DNA from: Eledone cirrhosa
Taxonomy: Eukaryota
Assembly: GCA_964016885.1 (NCBI GenBank)
Contig: OZ024743.1
Span: 363,072,001-363,136,000 of the forward strand
Direction: 5' to 3'
DNA length: 64,000 nt
Below the pieces are notes generated by a model. It worked only from the letters and a program-made list of their open reading frames with translations. It had not been told where the DNA came from and ran no database searches. Numbering within the stretch: the first letter of the stretch is position 1; the number at the start of each line of letters is the position of its first letter. The position numbers and the translations under genes are program-made. Positions 57,944-64,000 of this stretch are shown in pieces.

Positions 57944-58267
57944 TAAATGGAAACTATATTTATAAAACCATACTTATTTTATTATATATATTTCAAGGGC
58001 GACCAAGGTAAATTATGATGCGCTTTCATCAGATAAAATACAGATTTGTTTTAGAAATAAATCTGTATTTTATTTGATGAAAGCGCACCATAATTTACCT
58101 TGGTCGCCCTTGAAATATATATAATAAAATAAATATGGTTTTATAAATATAGTTTCCACTTATTAATATATTGTGTATTTACTCCACTAATTGGTTGAGT
58201 GCTTTATATTAGTTATAAAAATGTTTAAGCCTGTTGAATCCCAACAAATTAAATATAACCTCTGCAT
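57940..58267. mobile_element. Palindrome of a PLE 5-related pLTR with HHRs at 57975-58040 (minus) and 58066-58131 (plus)
   Basis: Centre at about 58052; right arm ends in ccaacaaattaaatat, matching the PLE 5 terminus; a deleted relative lies at 28100-28262. Confidence 0.85.
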
Positions 58268-58313
58268 ATATATATATATGTGAGAAAAACCACAGACCCT
58301 CCATCTCAACTCA

Positions 58314-58351
58314 CCTTTTGAAAAGCAGAAGAACTGCGAAACCGGTAAAGG
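58314..58351 (+). ncRNA. Minimal type I hammerhead, U3-A8 variant
   Basis: cctt-TTGAAAA-gcag/ctgc-GAAA-ccgg-TA-aagg. Confidence 0.72.
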
Positions 58352-58488
58352 AACCAAATAAATATATATATATTTTTAAAAAAATAAGACTCCAGTTGCA
58401 TTTTCGATTTCATCTCTTTTTCTTTATACTTTCACTCGTGTAGGACACCTCGGTTATTTTTCATTTTGTAAAAAAAACCTCACTTTCT

Positions 58489-58586
<98 letters not shown>

Positions 58587-59099
58587 CTTGATGGTAGCTA
58601 TGATGCTTCCATAGGCGGTATGCCGGTTGAGCACTCTATGTTCTTACAGAGCAGTGTGATATAATATAAAACGAATTTATAGATGTGTATGTATGTTTGT
58701 GTATGTACACATATATGTGTGTGTGTATGTGTGTGTATATATATATATACATTTATTTATTTTTTTATTTACTTATTTATTTATTTATATGTATGGATGT
58801 ATGTATTTGGTTACATTGTTTATATTTGTGCATGTGTATAACAAGATGCATCCTTTCATGGATGACCCTGTATGACCCATTGTGTAGTTTTATATGACTG
58901 TGAGTATATCATATTTGAGTACAGACAAATATATGTATGCGTGTATGTATCTTTGTAGATGTACGTCGGCATGGAGGTAATTGGGCGTGTATTTGTTTGA
59001 ATGTATATGAGCCAGTGTGTGTGTGTGTGTGTGTGTGTACGTGCACCTACTGAAGGGTAAGGGCTTGTTTGTTTGTGTGTACATTTATGTGTGTGTACG

Positions 59100-59133
<34 letters not shown>

Positions 59134-59855
59134 ATTGGGAGCGAGTCTGTCTTTGTGCCTTTATATACGGACACGTGTGTGTATGTGCGTGTGCGTGTCT
59201 ATGTATATGTCTGTACGTGTTTGTGTATATGAGCAGATATACGGGTCGCATGTGTGTGTCCATGTATGCGTGTGCGTGTGTGTGTGAGCGCGTGTGCGTG
59301 CGTGTGAGAGCTAATGTACGCCAGCATGTAGGCAGGCGTCTGTGGACGCGTATGTTGTTAGTTATATGGTTGTGTGCGTGTGTGTGTGTATGTGAGTGTG
59401 TGTGCATATATATGTATGTATAGGTATATATGTGTATATATGTATATTTGTGTGTATGTGTATATGTGTATGTATGTGTGTGGGTATATGTGTATATGTG
59501 TGTGCGAGTGGACTTGTGAAATACCAAACCCAGCATGAATTCATTGAAGTGTGTCAGGCGAAGGGTAGCTGATGGACAGTCTGATAGCAACTATTGGCCA
59601 GTATTTATGATGACGTAGAAAAACAACAGCAGGACAAGCGAGGAAGATATTTTTTGACGCTAACACCCCAGTGAGAAAATTTGATCCGGAATTATTGCCA
59701 GTGTCTGAGGAGCCAGTAGTTCCAGAATCAGACAGATCCATACAATGATCGTGTCTCGAGCTGTCTGCCGGCGAAACAATTGTAACACACAATAAATTGA
59801 GTCCAGATGCATCACTGATTTTTCGTTTTATATTATATATATATATATATATATA

Positions 59856-60202
59856 CTAGCTGACGTACCCAGCTTCGCCCGGGTAAACAGATGATAAGAG
59901 AAGACAGGTAAAAGACAAAATGACTGTATTGGATGTGTGTCTGGTTACAGTATGAGGCGAGTCCGTGGTGTCTGTGTGATAGAAAAAACAGCAAAAAAAA
60001 TTTTCCAGATATACCAGATTCTTCGCTGTACCGTTTGTGCATAGTAAATGAACAATTCTAGGTTCTCCTACCTAGAATAATGACCTCTAGGAGATGGTTC
60101 ATCTTTTGCCTGACTGTAAAACGTGTATCATTGCATAGACGTAGTTGTTCCACGTTTCCCAAAAGGATGATAGCAGCTCTAATCTTTTATATTATATGTA
60201 GA
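59856..60202 (-). mobile_element. Non-autonomous Helitron
   Basis: Minus strand begins A|TC and ends acccgg-gcgaag-ctgggt...CTAG|T. Confidence 0.75.
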
Positions 60203-60759
60203 TATAAATATAGATAATTAATATAAAAGATGTCCATCAATGTAAAAAAAGGTCCTTATTTACTCCGTTCACAACTCTGTGTATATTAGACTAACAGACA
60301 GGCACACAGACAGATAAACTGTGTGGCGATTGTGGGATGACGCACGTACACACACATACACGCATGGAAATGCACACACGCACGCAAACTTACACACACG
60401 CACACACTCACACATGTTGATAGTTTTTACTTTCTGTGGAACGCTGCACGCACACACACACATAAACATACGCGCACGTACATACACACGCACACATGTT
60501 AATAGTTATTGCTTTCCTTCCCCTCTTATTTCCACACACACACATGTCTCTACACTGACACATATACATAGTGTATCCAAACACAGCGTTCACTTTGCCT
60601 CTCTCTCTCCCCTCTCACTCCCTCGTTGGCATTATGCATATTAATTTCAGTTTGGCGTCGTTGAGGTGGGCGGAGTCGTTTGAAACCTATGAACCAATGA
60701 TAATCGAGAATTATGACACACGAAATACTGACATTGTTGAAATTAATATATAGATAAAA

Positions 60760-60938
60760 TAATTGTTTCAACTTTTGGCACAAGGCCAGCAATTACCCAG
60801 TACATTACTGGTACTTTATTTTATCGACCCCGTAAGGTTGAAAGGCAAAGTTAACCTCGAGGGAATTTGAACTCAGACCGTAAAGGGACGTAACTATGCT
60901 GGAAAGCATGGTGTCCGACCCTCTACCGATACTGCCAA
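60760..60938 (-). mobile_element. tRNA-derived SINE
   Basis: Reverse complement of the 32270-type SINE. Confidence 0.85.
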
Positions 60939-60946
60939 TAATGGTA

Positions 60947-61387
60947 GTTAAGACGGGATTAAATCACCATAATTGTTTATTGCACTATATATATATTTCT
61001 GCTACATGATTATTCATGTGACTTCGTCAGATGCTTACGCAATCATTAGTGCAGTTATGCAAACATTGTGATATGCCGGTGCACGCCCATCCAGTAATGA
61101 ACCACTTCATTACTGGATGGACGTTCATGGACACTGGCATGTCATAATGATTGCGTAAGCATCTGACGAAGTCACATGAATAACCATGTAACAGAAATAT
61201 ATATAATGCAATAAACAATTATGGTGATTTAATCCCGTCTTAACCACAATTATTTGATAAATGAATATTCCGTCACTCAATATAACCTACCTAGTAAAAA
61301 CCACTGACGTGTAGCGCTTGGATCTGGAAGTCACTACGTATCCTAGTTGTTACGTAGTAACAACTAAGATAAAAAATACTCTTATAC

Positions 61388-61390
<3 letters not shown>
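60947..61390. mobile_element. Palindrome with HHRs at 60982-61034 (minus) and 61159-61209 (plus)
   Basis: Centre atgaa-ccac-ttcat; gcat-CTGACGA-...acatg/catgt...-GAAA-tatata-TA-atgc; arms span 60947-61244, tail runs to (TA)n at 61391. Confidence 0.85.
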
Positions 61391-61449
<59 letters not shown>

Positions 61450-61452
<3 letters not shown>

Positions 61453-61902
61453 GGGCGGTGGAAGAATTTCTGAAATGGGGTTGTGGATTTGGTCTGAATA
61501 GTTTAGCTCTTTACACTCCAAAATGGTCAGAAAATGCAATTTGTGTCCAGGCAGGTCATATTACACTTACAGCTTTCAATAATTATAAAGTGATTTTAGC
61601 AAAATAACCCATGAAATCTGCTCCTGAATACACATACTAGCATTTGGCAAATAGTGATATGTGGAGAAAATGTTATGACATGACAAAAAATTAACTCTGA
61701 ATGTTAACATAATATATTAGTTATAATCAAATATCAACCAAGATATGAAAAAACTGCGATATGCGATGAACATAACATGTACATAAATTGTAGCGCATAT
61801 ACAAACAGGTGTGTGTTTTGTTAGTTTGAGGAGAAAAATATAATTATTGCAAAGAAGAGTGGGGCGTATGCACCTCCGGCACCCCCTGTTCCACCGCCCC
61901 TG
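61450..61902. mobile_element. hAT-type MITE
   Basis: Perfect 14-bp TIRs caggggcggtggaa / ttccaccgcccctg, inserted in (TA)n. Confidence 0.8.
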
Positions 61903-61904
61903 TA

Positions 61905-62788
61905 TATATATATATAAAATTAAGTATGCGTGTGTGTGTGTCTGTGTATGAAATATAGGGGCCTACATCTTACGACCGATTTTCATGAAACTTTACAGGC
62001 TCATAGATTAGTCATCGGGAAGTGTTTTCTATATATCGGCGTATCGTTTTTTTTTTTATTACGGGGTCATTCTGCAGATAAAAATCGATAGGGGCGTCAC
62101 CTTTTTTTAGGTATCGAAAAATAAGATTTTTGGCTCTAGCTCCCACATTTTGCCACCGATTTCGTTCATATTTTAAAGCAAAATAGAATTTATCATTGCA
62201 CATCATGTAATGGTTTTATATTTTGCATTTGTTGTTCAGAGACAGCATGGCAGCCGCTTAAATATTCAAAAAATACCACTTTTAGACACACATTTTCACT
62301 TTTTCGGCTCTAGCTCCCACATTAATCAACCTACTTTGTTCAAATTTTACACTATGCTAGATCTGATTATTTCACGTCTTAAAGTGGCTTTACATTTTGG
62401 ATTTTTTGTTCAGGAAAATACCACCTTTTCGATCAAATATCCGCCTTTTCGACTCTAGTTCCCACATTTTTCAACCGATTTCGTTCAAATTCGAAACTTC
62501 GGCTCCACCTCACACATAACTCAATTTATTTGGTTCAACTTTTATACTACGATAGAACCTATCATTGCATATCTTATAGTAGCTTTACACTTTTTGTTCA
62601 GGAACGGCGTGGCAGCCGTTTAACTCTTCAAAATACGATTTTTTCCACCTCCAACATATTCCATACGATTTCACTCAACATTTCGCCGTTTGCTACACCT
62701 TATGACCAATTTTCAAGAAACTCGCAGTGGCTTAGATCAAAGCAGATATTATTTTACCTACCCAGGCAACGCTGGGTACTAGTGCTAG
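61905..62788 (+). mobile_element. Non-autonomous Helitron with internal repeats
   Basis: 3' hairpin acccag-gcaacg-ctgggt followed by CTAG|T; three internal ctctag(c/t)tcccacatt repeats. Confidence 0.75.
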
Positions 62789-63030
62789 TATATTATAAAG
62801 GTAACGAAGGTTGTTGGTATTAAGTCACCGTTCTCCGGCCAACGCCTAGCTCACTCAATAAACCTGCCGAATTGTAATCAACTGTTCAGAGTAGCAGATA
62901 CTGTGGTTTGGTAGAGATATCGGTAACAATCTCAACTCATGGACGATATTGTTTCTTCACAAATGCATACGAGATGTGTCAGAAAAGTTCCAGGCCTGAT
63001 GTCACAAAAGATTTATTTCAAACCCACCTC

Positions 63031-63078
<48 letters not shown>

Positions 63079-63244
63079 CATTTCAGGAAGGTCCGTCGAG
63101 CTGCGGATTATTGAGTCGGGTAAGATCGATATAGATCGAACCTTGAGCTGATCAGTGGCGAAACGCGCGTCACCTATCAATAAATGCAATGAAGGAATAA
63201 TCAATCGTCCTTTTATCCTTTCTATATATATATATATATATTTC

Positions 63245-63549
63245 TTTAAGTCGTTTGAAAGCCTCGACAATGCAGATGGGTAAATCTCCGGGTAACAAGA
63301 TCCGGTGGTGGAGAGAGAGATGTAAGTGGGTGTACGTTGAGATGCGTGGCGTGTATAAGACTGTAACGTGTAGAGAATGAAAGAAAGGGCGTAAAGGATA
63401 AAAATAAAAATAACAACACGAGAAAGAGTTACCTTGGGAGAGATTTAATTGTCCCTATATATTTTGGATTCACATCCATCAACTGGGTTTTTTCCGGGGG
63501 GGGGGGTCTGTCGGAAAGGTGCGAAACGTGTCCTCCGCTGTTCGTTGTT

Positions 63550-63556
<7 letters not shown>
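63245..63556 (-). mobile_element. Solo 3' segment (pLTR) of the PLE 1 family
   Basis: Closely matches 935-1260; flanked by (TA)n. Confidence 0.85.
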
Positions 63557-63598
<42 letters not shown>

Positions 63599-63741
63599 CA
63601 GAAGGATGAAAAAGCAATTTCTACTCTGGGCAGACACTATAGAATTTCCTACAAAAAGTATGTGTGTGAAATGTTCCCAGTAGATAATAAATTATTTTAA
63701 AAAGATTAATTCTAATTTATGTCATTATTATAACGAAGCCA

Positions 63742-63935
63742 AGGGCGATGGATTGGTAGTATCGGTAGAGAGTCGGGCGCCATGCTTTGACGCTTAGAGT
63801 TACGCCCCTTGCCATTCTGAGTTCAAATCCCGCCGAGGTTAACTTTGCCTTTGATCCTTACGGGGTCGATAAAATAAAGTACCAGTAATACACTGGGTAA
63901 TTGCTGGCCTTGTGACAAAAGTAGAAACAATTATT
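63742..63935 (+). mobile_element. Full-length tRNA-derived SINE with probable target duplication
   Basis: Same family as 32270; attattataacgaagcc on both sides. Confidence 0.85.
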
Positions 63936-64000
63936 ATAACGAAGCCTATGCAAATATACGTGTATATGTAACCAGAATAATGCCAGTCCTTCCTCTAACC

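Noticed and set aside
61300-61372. Possible second hammerhead and small hairpin in the tail of the 60947 element
   Set aside because: Core reads ctgacgt/gtat; too degenerate to call from one copy
62970-63031. 62-bp mariner-like remnant (ta-cgag...ctcg-ta)
   Set aside because: Terminal match is too short to support alone

Overview
Eukaryotic, AT-rich, microsatellite-saturated non-coding DNA. By inference from the repeat content it is from a cephalopod (Octopus-like). I can support no host protein-coding gene; most ORFs in the track are translations of (TA)n, (CA)n or (GA)n repeats. The window is dominated by Penelope-like retroelements (PLEs; reverse transcriptase plus C-terminal GIY-YIG endonuclease): six ORF-bearing copies or fragments from at least three lineages, all on the minus strand. 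Also present are CRE-type and RTE-type LINE fragments, a LINE ORF1-like region, a decayed mariner, hAT-type MITEs, Helitrons and many SINEs. The main unexplained signal is about 30 minimal type I hammerhead-ribozyme (HHR) motifs that I folded by eye, in roughly 15 sequence families. Many sit in short head-to-head palindromic (fold-back) elements, most of them inserted in (TA)n, with one outward-pointing ribozyme per arm, a near-zero spacer and asymmetric arm ends. Several families carry recurrent non-canonical catalytic cores (U3-A8, GCAA for GAAA, C or A at position 4). All folds and family assignments are manual and need computational and biochemical confirmation.
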